This document shows, piece by piece, positions 22,772 through 31,706 of a stretch of 64,000 nucleotides of DNA. Position 1 is the first letter of the stretch. Every line of letters starts with the position of its first letter. Under the pieces are notes generated by a model. The model saw only the letters and a list, made by a program, of their open reading frames with translations, did no database searches and was not told the origin of the DNA. The stretch is from NCBI GenBank assembly GCA_964202905.1, contig CAXNJO010000002.1:320001-384000 (forward strand), written 5' to 3'. The stretch comes from Polyangiales bacterium. Lineage in GTDB: Bacteria; Myxococcota_A; Polyangia; Polyangiales; JADJQN01. The translations under genes and the position numbers were made by a program.

Positions 22772-24136
22772 TCAGCGCGCGGCGACGTCGGGGAGGGGCT
22801 CGACGCGCGCATCCTCGGGGCAGCCGCGACCGTCGAGGGCCGGGATCACGATACGCACGCGGCGCACGCCGAGGTTGGAGCGTCCGTCGCCGCGGAACTG
22901 AACGTCGAGCAGGAACTCCTGCGGCTCGGTCGTCGGCGCGACGAGGCCGGCACGCACGCGCACCTGGAAGACGACCTCGGTGCCCGCCCGCACGTCGAGG
23001 AAGGTGCCCGTCGCCGCGTCGATGCCGCCGATCCCCGACATCGGCGCCGCGCGGAGCGGCACGATCGCCTCGACGAGGGTGCGCACGTCGAAGCCGTCGT
23101 CCGGCGTCGGGTCGAGCGGCACCGCGTCGATGTCGAGCACGATGCCGTCCGCGAAGTCCTGCATCGCCTCGACGACGCGCTCGTCGAGCCGCTCGCCGCT
23201 GCGGCCGATGTCGAACACGAGCGGTGAACCGTCGCGGCGCGTCGCGCGGGTGTCGCGCGCGGTGCGCTGCACGCTCGCGAGCCCCGCGTCGTCGCCGCCG
23301 GACCAGAAGCCGATGACGCGGATGCCGCTGCCCCGCAGCGCGTCGATCGCCTCCGCATACGACGCGACGGGCGTGCCCGCGAGCGTCGGGAGATAGGGAT
23401 TCTCGCCATCCGGGCCGTTGTGAAAAGCCGCGTCCGTGAAGAGAAAGATCACCGGCAGCGCGTCGTCGCGGAAGCACGGATAACCGAAGCCGCCGCGCGG
23501 GCAGCCGAGCGAGGGTGGCACCCACGTGACCGCGGCGCCGCGTGCGTCGAGGCCCATCAACCCCGCGCCCGTCGCCGCCTGGAAGAGCGCCTCGACCTGC
23601 GACTCGGGCACGTCCTGCCCGTTCGCGAGCTCGACCTCGCCCATCGCCGCCTGCACGCGCCCGAGGTCGAAGGTCATCGGCAGGAACAGGGCGAACGGCA
23701 CGTCGCCGCTCGTCCCGAACTCGCCGATGGCGAAGTCCGCGAACGTCGCGACGCCGAACTGCGTGTCCGGGATCTGCGCATAGATCGCGGGCGCGAGCCG
23801 GTCGCGCAGGCGCTCGCGGATCTGGTCGAGCTCGGCGCCCATGGACGCCGTCACGTCGACGAGGAAGAGCACGTCCGCGCGCTCGAGCCGGGCCTCGGTC
23901 GAGAGCGGAAGCTCGATCGGCGGGCCGCCGTCGGGATCGAGCGGCACGTCGATGCAAGGCAGCGGCGCGTCGGTGCCGAGGTCCGGACCGCCGTCCGGCA
24001 CCTCGAGGCCCGTCTTCGCGCCGCAGCCGAGGAGGGCGACGGCGAGCGACGCGGCGAGCGACGCCACGCCACGCGACGTCCGCGCGCGCCGCGCGGGGCA
24101 ACCATCGACCGGGACCGTGGGCGCGCGATGGAGCAT
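22772..24136 (-). CDS. VWA-domain lipoprotein (start uncertain, alternative GTG 24067)
   Basis: LLGC lipobox; MIDAS-like DVLFLVDVTASM; PESQVEAL; FLFTDA. Confidence 0.8.
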   Translation of the reverse strand: MLHRAPTVPVDGCPARRARTSRGVASLAASLAVALLGCGAKTGLEVPDGGPDLGTDAPLPCIDVPLDPDGGPPIELPLSTEARLERADVLFLVDVTASMGAELDQIRERLRDRLAPAIYAQIPDTQFGVATFADFAIGEFGTSGDVPFALFLPMTFDLGRVQAAMGEVELANGQDVPESQVEALFQAATGAGLMGLDARGAAVTWVPPSLGCPRGGFGYPCFRDDALPVIFLFTDAAFHNGPDGENPYLPTLAGTPVASYAEAIDALRGSGIRVIGFWSGGDDAGLASVQRTARDTRATRRDGSPLVFDIGRSGERLDERVVEAMQDFADGIVLDIDAVPLDPTPDDGFDVRTLVEAIVPLRAAPMSGIGGIDAATGTFLDVRAGTEVVFQVRVRAGLVAPTTEPQEFLLDVQFRGDGRSNLGVRRVRIVIPALDGRGCPEDARVEPLPDVAAR

Positions 24137-24224
24137 GGGTGTGGGCGCTCGCATCCCCGCGATGCGCGCGTCGACCCAACGTAGCGTCGGCCTCCCGGTG
24201 CGTCGAGGCGCCCGGCGCGCGCGC

Positions 24225-25259
24225 TCAGCCCCGCGTCGCGCGGCGGCGCGCAGCGAGCGCACGGGCGTGATCGCGGGTGTGGAGCGCCACGTAGTCGACG
24301 GCGAGCAGCTCGAGGGACGGTGGCTCGGCGAAGCCTGGGAGCGCCTCCGGCAGCTGCGCGAAGAACGTGCGCAGCACCGGCGTCGCCGCTGCGAAACGCG
24401 ACGCCTCGAGCCGCTCACTCGCCGCCAGCAGCCGCTCGCCCGCGCGTGGCCCCGCGTGCCCGCGGCGCACGATGTCCTCGTAGCTCGCGAGGAGCGCGTC
24501 GGCCGTGAAGCCGTGCGAGATGACCAGCTCGGCGGCGACGCGCAGCGCCGCGTCGGGCTCGATTGCGCCCTGCTCGAGCAGCACGAGCGAAGGCTGGAAG
24601 TAATTGTAAAACGGGCACACGCGCTGCCCGAGCTCCGCGAAGGCGTCGGGCGCGGACATGCGATCGAGGTGGATGAAGATGCGCCGCACGCAGTCGCGGC
24701 GCGGGAGATCCGCCGCCATCCGCACGAGACGCGGCAGCGCGTCGGGGTAGACTCGCGCGCGCTCGAGGACCGCGACGAGCATGTCGCTCCCGATGCGGCC
24801 CGCGCAGAGATCGGCGTAGAGCGAGTAGATGAACGCGTCCGCCTCCGCGTCGTCGCCGAAGCAGACCTCGTCGAACTCGCCCGTGCCCGCCGCGCGCGAG
24901 GCGAGCAGCGCCGCGAGCTTGTAGCCGACCTGATCGCGCAGGAAGCGGATGCGCCCGCGCAGGAGCATCGCGAGGCTCGGCTTGAGCGTGAAGGAATCCC
25001 ACTGGATGCCATCGAGGCGCAGCTTCTCCTCGAGCACCTTGCGCATCTGCTCGGGGCTGCCGGAGAGGATGAAGATGCCGCCCGGCCTGGTCGCGCGGAG
25101 CTCGCGGAGCAGCGCGCCGGCACCGGGCACCGTCTGCTTGCGCGCCGCGGGCTCGAGCGCGACGCGCACGAGATCGCGAACGGTGTCGAACTCGGTCCGC
25201 AGGTAGGTCTTGTCGAGATCCCAGCGGTAGAGCAGACGGCGTCGTTCGTCGGTCGCCAC
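24225..25259 (-). CDS. HAD-superfamily phosphatase-like protein (App1/LNS2-like)
   Basis: WDLDKT (DxDxT), LSGSP, conserved K and FGDDAEAD, matching HAD motifs I-IV. Confidence 0.7.
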   Translation of the reverse strand: MATDERRRLLYRWDLDKTYLRTEFDTVRDLVRVALEPAARKQTVPGAGALLRELRATRPGGIFILSGSPEQMRKVLEEKLRLDGIQWDSFTLKPSLAMLLRGRIRFLRDQVGYKLAALLASRAAGTGEFDEVCFGDDAEADAFIYSLYADLCAGRIGSDMLVAVLERARVYPDALPRLVRMAADLPRRDCVRRIFIHLDRMSAPDAFAELGQRVCPFYNYFQPSLVLLEQGAIEPDAALRVAAELVISHGFTADALLASYEDIVRRGHAGPRAGERLLAASERLEASRFAAATPVLRTFFAQLPEALPGFAEPPSLELLAVDYVALHTRDHARALAARRRATRG

Positions 25260-25354
25260 GCGGCGCCGATCTTAGCAGGACCGCGGGCAGCGGCGTGCAA
25301 CTCGCGCGGGCGCGGGGCCGCAATCGCTCGAGCCGTGTCTCGGCGGAGCGGGCG

Positions 25355-26677
25355 TCAACCGCCGCAAACGGGTCCGCCGAGGGGCGGCTCTTCGCCGGTC
25401 ACCACATCGTCGATCCACACGCGGTCCGCGCCGGCGGAGATCGAGCCGTCCTTCTCGAAACGCCACTCGAGCGTGTGCGTGCCGGCCGCGACCGCCGCGC
25501 TCGCGCGCGTCCACGCGACCTCGCCGCCCCACTCGCCGACCAGCGCGCCGTCGACGCGGAATTGCAGCCCGTCGTAGACGCTGAAGATGCCGCTCTCGCT
25601 CGAGGTCGCGTACCAGAACGACACCTCCGAAGCCGCCGTGAGCGTGATCGTCCGCGTGAGCGACGACTGCTGCGAGTTCCCCACGTCGCCGCTCGCCGCG
25701 GCGCGTGTCCCGGTGTGCGCGCGCGCGGTGTCGACGAACCAGACGGCCGTCCCCGACGTCGTGAAGCCCGGCGGGAGCGCGCCGTCCTCGAAGCCGAGCG
25801 CGGGTGGCGCGGCGCGCACGGTGACATCGTCGATCCACACGCGATCGGAGCCGCTCGCGACGGAGGCGTCCTTCGTGTAGCGCCAGGTCACGGTGTGCAT
25901 GCCCGCGGCGAATCCGACGCTCGCCTGCGTCCAGGCCGTCGTGCCCGACCAGGTTCCGGCGACGACGCCGTCGACGAGCACGTCGAGCTCGTCGCTCCCG
26001 GTCTCGGTGACCGTGTTCAGCCAGAAGGCGACCGTGACCGGCTGCGAGACGGTGAACGTCACCGCCAGGGTGGATGTCTGCGAGTCGCCGATCGCGCCGC
26101 TGCGCGCCGAGAACGCGCCGCCGCGCGCACGCCCGTTGGTCACGAGCCAGCCGGTCGCGCCGCCCGCGACCCAGCCCGCCGGGAGGGCCCCCGACTCGAA
26201 GTCGTAGGTGAGCGTCTCGGGCGCGCTCGCGCACGCCCCGGCGACGCACACGCCCCCCGCGCAGGCCGCGCAGTCCGCGAGCCCCGTGCACGGCCCGGGC
26301 GGCCCGCCGTCCGTCCCCGCATCGATGCCGGCGTCGGTGCCCGCGTCGCTGCCCGCGTCGAGCCCGCCGTCCAGGCCGGCATCCAACCCTGCGTCGACGT
26401 CCGCGCCCGCATCGACATCCGCGCCCGCGTCGACGTCCATCGCTGCATCCACGTCCACGCCCGCGTCGACGTCCATCCCCGCGTCCGAGTCGCCTCCCGC
26501 GTCCACCGGCATCCCGGCGTCCGTCCCCGCGTCGGGCGGGACCATCGCGTCGGGGCGCGGCCCGGCGTCGGCGCGCGGCGGCGGGACGGGGCGGATGACG
26601 GGGTCGTCGGCAGAGCCGCGCGCGCACGCAGCGAACACACACAGGAGCGCGGACCAAACACGGCTACGGCGAACCAT
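25355..26677 (-). CDS. Secreted lipoprotein with DAG linker and two tandem beta-sandwich-like (MAM/CBM-like) domains
   Basis: FAAC lipobox; (DVDAG)n tract; duplicated FE.GALP.G...GxHTxxWxxxKD...DRVWIDDV unit. Confidence 0.75.
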   Translation of the reverse strand: MVRRSRVWSALLCVFAACARGSADDPVIRPVPPPRADAGPRPDAMVPPDAGTDAGMPVDAGGDSDAGMDVDAGVDVDAAMDVDAGADVDAGADVDAGLDAGLDGGLDAGSDAGTDAGIDAGTDGGPPGPCTGLADCAACAGGVCVAGACASAPETLTYDFESGALPAGWVAGGATGWLVTNGRARGGAFSARSGAIGDSQTSTLAVTFTVSQPVTVAFWLNTVTETGSDELDVLVDGVVAGTWSGTTAWTQASVGFAAGMHTVTWRYTKDASVASGSDRVWIDDVTVRAAPPALGFEDGALPPGFTTSGTAVWFVDTARAHTGTRAAASGDVGNSQQSSLTRTITLTAASEVSFWYATSSESGIFSVYDGLQFRVDGALVGEWGGEVAWTRASAAVAAGTHTLEWRFEKDGSISAGADRVWIDDVVTGEEPPLGGPVCGG

Positions 26678-26834
26678 CCCCCCAGCCTCCCCGTGTCCCC
26701 GGACGGTGTCAATTCCCGTCGGCGCGCCCGACGCGCCGACACGACGCATCGCGTCATCGACGACCGCCCCCGAGCGGACCGTCGCGGCCGCGGTCCGCGC
26801 CGCCGCGGGCGTCTGCTAAGCTCGCGGCGCCGTC

Positions 26835-27527
26835 ATGCAGTCCATCCCCGCGCAGCGCGTCGACGTCCTGATCGTCGCGGCCCACGCACCGGAGCTCGTC
26901 GGTTTCCGCCCTGCCCTGTCGGAGCGCCTCGACGGCAACATCCGGGGGCTCCGCGTGATGGCGAAGACCGTCGGCATCGGGATGTCCATCGCAGGCAGCG
27001 GCATGGCGTTCCGGCTCACGCAGCTTTCTCCACGCTGCGTCGTGCTCGTCGGAAGCTGCGGCGTATACCCCGGGCTGCTCGACTACCGCCCCAATGACAT
27101 CCTCGTCGCCAGCCGCATCGCGCTCGTCGACCACGCCGTCGCGGCCGGGCGCTCGGCGTTCCCCGACCCGATGACGACGAGCGTCGATGCGCATCCGCTG
27201 CTCTCCGCGGCCCTCGGCGCTGCAGGCCCGCGCACGCGCGTCGCGCCGCTCGCGACGACGCTCGCCGTCACCACCGACGACGCCCTCGCGGCCAGCGTCG
27301 GCCCACTCAGCGGCTGCCAGGGCGAGAACCTCGAGGCGTTTTCCGTAGCGCTCGCCTGCGTCGCGTCGAGCGTGCCCTTCGCGGCGGTCCTCGGCGTCAC
27401 GAACGTCGTCGGCTCCAACGGCCGCGAAGATTGGCGCACCTATCAGCGCAGCGCCGCGCTCGCCGCGGCCGACTGCGTGACGACCTGGATCCACCAGGGC
27501 GCGCAGGGCGTGCCGCACGGCGGCTGA
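26835..27527 (+). CDS. Nucleoside phosphorylase/hydrolase fold protein (futalosine hydrolase MqnB-like)
   Basis: VGIG, VVLVGSCG, ENLEAFSVALAC and GVTNVVG...W motifs of the PNP/MTAN family. Confidence 0.7.
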   Translation: MQSIPAQRVDVLIVAAHAPELVGFRPALSERLDGNIRGLRVMAKTVGIGMSIAGSGMAFRLTQLSPRCVVLVGSCGVYPGLLDYRPNDILVASRIALVDHAVAAGRSAFPDPMTTSVDAHPLLSAALGAAGPRTRVAPLATTLAVTTDDALAASVGPLSGCQGENLEAFSVALACVASSVPFAAVLGVTNVVGSNGREDWRTYQRSAALAAADCVTTWIHQGAQGVPHGG

Positions 27528-27593
27528 GCATGCCGACCGCGCGTCGCCGCTCCGGCGGGTCGCCGCGACGCGACGCGCGCCGGCGCTGCGCGC

Positions 27594-28566
27594 ATGCGCG
27601 CCGTCGCTCCTCGCGCTCGCAGTCGGCTGCGACGACACGCCTCCGCGGCCCGCAGCGCCGCCACGGACCACGGCGAGCGCCCCGGCGGCCCCTGCGCTGC
27701 CTCGCTACTTTCCCCTCGCCCCGGGTGACCGCTGGCGCACGCGCGGGGGCAGCGACGGCACCGTGCCGCGCGCGTTCGGCGTGACCGGCGTCGACGCGCG
27801 GGGCGTCGCCATCGTCTTCGGCGGCGCAGGCGACACGCCCGAGCGCTACACGGCCGACGCACGCGCGGTCACGCGCGTCGACGAGCAGGGCCGCCCGCTC
27901 GTGCCGCTGCTCCGCGTGCCGCTCGAGGAGGGCGCATCGTGGTCCTACACGCTCGCCGAGCGCGGGGTGTCCGTGCCGTGCAACGCCGAGGTCGTGCGCA
28001 GGGACACGGCCCCGCGCGAGGTCGCCGGCGCGCGCCTCGCGGCCTGCGTGACGGTGCGCCGCGTCTGCCGCTATCCCGCCGGGGCTCCGTTCCCGCTGGC
28101 GACGACGCACGACCGCGAGGAGACCTACTGCCCCGACGTGGGCCTGGTCGGTGAGACGCAGCGCTTCTCGCCGCCCCCCGCGCCCGGCCTGCTCCCCGCC
28201 GTGCTCCGTGAGCGGCTCGTCGCATGGCGCGTGCGCGGCGCGCCACCGTCGCAAGCCGAGGGTCGTCTCACGTGCGACGACGTGCTGTTGCTGCCGAGCG
28301 ACGTGCAGGCCGCCTGCGGCGCCGCGCTCCAGCCCGCGGGCGAGCGCACCGGCGCGGACGAAGAGGGCGCGTGTGTCTTCCGCTATGGCGGCGGTGGGCG
28401 CACCGTCGATGTGCGGGTGCGGGACGCGCGCGAAACGCACGACGAGCCCGCGCCGCGTGACGGCACCGTCCCCGGCATCGCGCTCCGGACGCCGCATGCG
28501 GCGGTCGACGTCGCGGGTTGCGACGATCCGCGCCTCACCGCCCTGCTGCGCTCCCTCCTGCCCTGA
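27594..28566 (+). CDS. Hypothetical lipoprotein (5' end probably frameshifted)
   Basis: The frame of ORF 27763 extends upstream to LLALAVGC and YFPLAPGDRW; nearest ATG (27594) is out of frame. Confidence 0.55.
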
Positions 28567-28604
28567 CCACGCGGTCCTCCGACCCGGCGCCCCCCGGTCC
28601 GCGC

Positions 28605-29516
28605 ATGCCCGCCCCCACTGCGCGCTGGCGCCGTGCGGAGGAGCCGGTCTATCCTCCCGTACCGCCGCCCATGTCGTCTTCGCCCCCGCCGCTCGACGCG
28701 CCGGCCGCCGCGCCGTCCTTCACTGCGCCGTCCTTCACTGCGCCGTCCTTCACTGCGCCGTCCTTTATTGCGCAGCCCATTCCGGCACCGCCCATCCCGG
28801 TTCCGCACGCCCCGGCGCCGTTCGCGAAAGCGCCGCCGGCCCCGGAGGCGCAGCCGGTCGCCGTGCGGATCACCGTCCCGATTCCGACGGACGAAGACGT
28901 CGCCTTCGTGCGGGCACTGCAGCGCGCGGGCCTGCTCTCGGAGCTCGACGATCTCGAGTTCGTGCGCGTCGTGAGCGCGCAGCACCCGCGCAGCGTGCGC
29001 GAGATCACCCGCAACATCGATTTGCTCGAGGCCTACTACGAGGGCGGCGGCCACGTCGCGACGGCCTCACGGCGTCGCGCCCGCGATCGCTTCTTCCTGC
29101 ACCGCGAGGACGACCACGCGAGCGCCCCGCAGCTCGTCGCGCGCCTCGGTGCGCTCGCGCCGGAGATCGGGGCCGTCTCGCTCGATCGCGTCGGCGGCGC
29201 CGAGGGCCAGCTCGTGCTCCGCGCCGGTGAGCAGATCACGGCCGTGGTCGACGACTACGAGGAGACGCTCGAGACGAACGAGATCGACCTCCGTGAGCTC
29301 GATTCCTCCCCCACCATCACGATCCGCGGCCTCGTGCGCGCGATCAACGCGCTCCTCGCGCGAGTCGACATCCGCGTGCGGCTCCTGCCGCTCCGGTCGG
29401 ACGAGCGGCGCGAGGTGTACCTCGCGTTCGGCGTCGCCTCGGCCGTCGAGCTCGCGAAGGCGGAAATCATCGAGGACGACGACGCCGACGAGCTGTTGGA
29501 CCTCGGAAGCTGGTAG
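28605..29516 (+). CDS. Hypothetical protein with Pro-rich N-terminus
   Basis: Globular-looking C-terminal region; APSFT repeats. Confidence 0.65.
   Translation: MPAPTARWRRAEEPVYPPVPPPMSSSPPPLDAPAAAPSFTAPSFTAPSFTAPSFIAQPIPAPPIPVPHAPAPFAKAPPAPEAQPVAVRITVPIPTDEDVAFVRALQRAGLLSELDDLEFVRVVSAQHPRSVREITRNIDLLEAYYEGGGHVATASRRRARDRFFLHREDDHASAPQLVARLGALAPEIGAVSLDRVGGAEGQLVLRAGEQITAVVDDYEETLETNEIDLRELDSSPTITIRGLVRAINALLARVDIRVRLLPLRSDERREVYLAFGVASAVELAKAEIIEDDDADELLDLGSW
28710..28769 (+). repeat. 15-bp coding tandem repeat x4 (GCGCCGTCCTTCACT)
   Basis: Three exact copies plus one variant, encoding APSFT. Confidence 0.9.
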
Positions 29517-29535
29517 CGGCGCCCACGCCGCGGGC

Positions 29536-30099
29536 TCAGGGGACCGGCGTGCGGAACGAGCCGGTGAGGTCCTGCCAGGACGAGATGACGTGGTCCTGCG
29601 CGACCGTCAGCACGCGTAGCCGGAGGACGACGCGCTGCACCTCCGAGGTGTGCGAGAAGCGCGCATTGCGGCCGCCCCCCTGCTCGAAGACCGCTTCCGA
29701 GCCGACGCGCGGAAACGGATGCGAGAGCTCCATGGTGCCCTCGGTCTCGTGCTGGCCGCCCACGAGGCGCGCGCCGATCAGCGGGTGACCGGGCTCCGGA
29801 TGACCGCTGCTCTTGTCCAGCACCTCGAGACAGATCATCCCGCCGTCGAGCGCGTAGATCCGGTTCTGGGTCCACACCTCGAGGGCCGCCCAGGGCCGGT
29901 CGACATACGGCGCCGTCTTGCGCTCGACCACGAGCTCCACGTCGATCGCCGGCTGTCTCGACGGCGGTGGCGCGATCGGCGACGCCGCGTCGGCCTCCGC
30001 GCCGGCAGCCGGGCGCGCCACGGCCTCGTGGACGTCGGGCATCGCGAAGCCGCGGAGCGTCGCGTTCTCGACGTCCTTCTTGCCGTGGCGTTGGGTCAT
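29536..30099 (-). CDS. Hypothetical protein
   Basis: LEVWTQNRIY...GARLVGGQ...TSEVQRVVLR; typical codon usage. Confidence 0.65.
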   Translation of the reverse strand: MTQRHGKKDVENATLRGFAMPDVHEAVARPAAGAEADAASPIAPPPSRQPAIDVELVVERKTAPYVDRPWAALEVWTQNRIYALDGGMICLEVLDKSSGHPEPGHPLIGARLVGGQHETEGTMELSHPFPRVGSEAVFEQGGGRNARFSHTSEVQRVVLRLRVLTVAQDHVISSWQDLTGSFRTPVP

Positions 30100-30178
30100 C
30101 GGCGGGGACGCTACCACGCAGGCTCGCGGCTTCCGCCGAGGAAGCGAACGGCCGCCCGCGCTGCTACCGTCGCGCGCC

Positions 30179-31000
30179 ATGACCTCCGCCGAACTCCCGC
30201 TGCCTCCCGTCCCGTCCGCCCGTCGCCTCGCGGGCGCACGCGCCCTCGTGACCGGCGGCACGAGCGGCATCGGGCGCGCCACCGCGCTTCGGTTTGCCGC
30301 CGAGGGTGCGCGCGTCGCCGTCACCGGGCGTCGCCGTGAGCGGCTCGCCGAGGTCGTCGCGGCCATCCGCGCGGCCGGCGGAGAGGCGCACGCGGTCGAG
30401 GCTGATCACACCATCGCCGACGACAACGCGCGCGCGGTCGCGGAGGTGACCGCAGCGCTCGGCGGCCTCGACACCCTCGTCAACGCCGCCGGCGTGATCG
30501 GCGCCGACAGCGTCCTCGAGCCCCGCCGCGACGAGTGGCGCCGCGTCCTCGACGTCAACCTCGAGGCGGTCTACGACCTCACGACACGCGCGGTGCCGCA
30601 CCTCGTCGCGAGCGCCTCCGAGGGCCGCTGCGCGAGCGTGGTCAACGTCTCGAGCATCACGGGGTTGCGTCCCTACGCAGGCCTCCTCTCGTACTGCACG
30701 AGCAAGGCGGCCCTCGACATGATGACCCAGGTCACCGCCCTCGAGCTCGCGCCGCGCGGGGTGAGGGTCAACGCCGTGAACCCGGGCGTCGTCGTCAGCG
30801 AGTTGCACACGGTCGCCGGCGCCGTAGCCGACTACGAAGCCTTCCTCGAGCGCGCGCGGCAGACCCACCCGCTCGGGCGCCCCGGCGCGCCCGCGGACGT
30901 CGCCGCGCTCATCGCGTTCCTCGCGAGCGCAGACGCGTCGTGGATCACCGGCGGACTGCACTCCGTCGACGGGGGCCGCGCCCTCACCTCGCTGCGCTGA
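30179..31000 (+). CDS. Short-chain dehydrogenase/reductase
   Basis: TGGTSGIG, NAAG, YCTSK and VRVNAVNPG. Confidence 0.93.
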   Translation: MTSAELPLPPVPSARRLAGARALVTGGTSGIGRATALRFAAEGARVAVTGRRRERLAEVVAAIRAAGGEAHAVEADHTIADDNARAVAEVTAALGGLDTLVNAAGVIGADSVLEPRRDEWRRVLDVNLEAVYDLTTRAVPHLVASASEGRCASVVNVSSITGLRPYAGLLSYCTSKAALDMMTQVTALELAPRGVRVNAVNPGVVVSELHTVAGAVADYEAFLERARQTHPLGRPGAPADVAALIAFLASADASWITGGLHSVDGGRALTSLR

Positions 31001-31014
31001 CCCCGGCGCGCGCG

Positions 31015-31674
31015 TCAGCCGTCGAAGCGCACGTTCTCGGCGAGCGGCGAGCGCGTCGTGCGCGTGTCGTTCACGGGCGCGCCGACGGCTTCGTAACCGA
31101 TCGCGATGCCGACGATCACGCCGATGTGCTCTTCCCACCCGAGCAGCGGCCGCACCGCGTCGGCCTGCGTCGCGAGGGCGGCCTGGGCGCAGGTCGCGAC
31201 CCCCTCCGCGGTCGCCGCGAGCAGCACCGACTGCAGCCAGCAGCCGAGATCGATGGCCGCGTACGGCATCATGCGGCGATCGACGCCGACCATCGCGATG
31301 TGCGGCGCGTCGAAGGCGCGGAAGTTCCGCAGCCACGCGTCGCGCCGTCCCTCATGGTCATCCCGCGCGACGCCCATCGCCGCGTAGAGCGCGACGCCGC
31401 ACTCCTTGCGGTGCCGCCCATACGGCTCGGGATACGCGCCCGGCCAAGGGAAATCGACCGACATGCCGCCCTCGAGCGCCGCCCCGTGGATCACGGCGCC
31501 GAGCGCCCGCGTGCGCTCACCCGAGGTCACGACGACGCGCCACGGCTGGATGTTGCACCACGAGGGCGCTCGCTGCGCCGCACCGAAGATGCGCTCGAGC
31601 ACCTCGCGTGGCACGGGCCGCGCCTCGAACCCACGCACGCTGCGCCGCTGCGCCAGAGCCTCGTAGACGTCCAT
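31015..31674 (-). CDS. Nitroreductase family protein
   Basis: RRSVRGF, APSWCNIQPW and GIAIGY. Confidence 0.92.
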   Translation of the reverse strand: MDVYEALAQRRSVRGFEARPVPREVLERIFGAAQRAPSWCNIQPWRVVVTSGERTRALGAVIHGAALEGGMSVDFPWPGAYPEPYGRHRKECGVALYAAMGVARDDHEGRRDAWLRNFRAFDAPHIAMVGVDRRMMPYAAIDLGCWLQSVLLAATAEGVATCAQAALATQADAVRPLLGWEEHIGVIVGIAIGYEAVGAPVNDTRTTRSPLAENVRFDG

Positions 31675-31706
31675 GGCGCGCCAGCCTAGCAGCGGCGCGG
31701 CCGACG

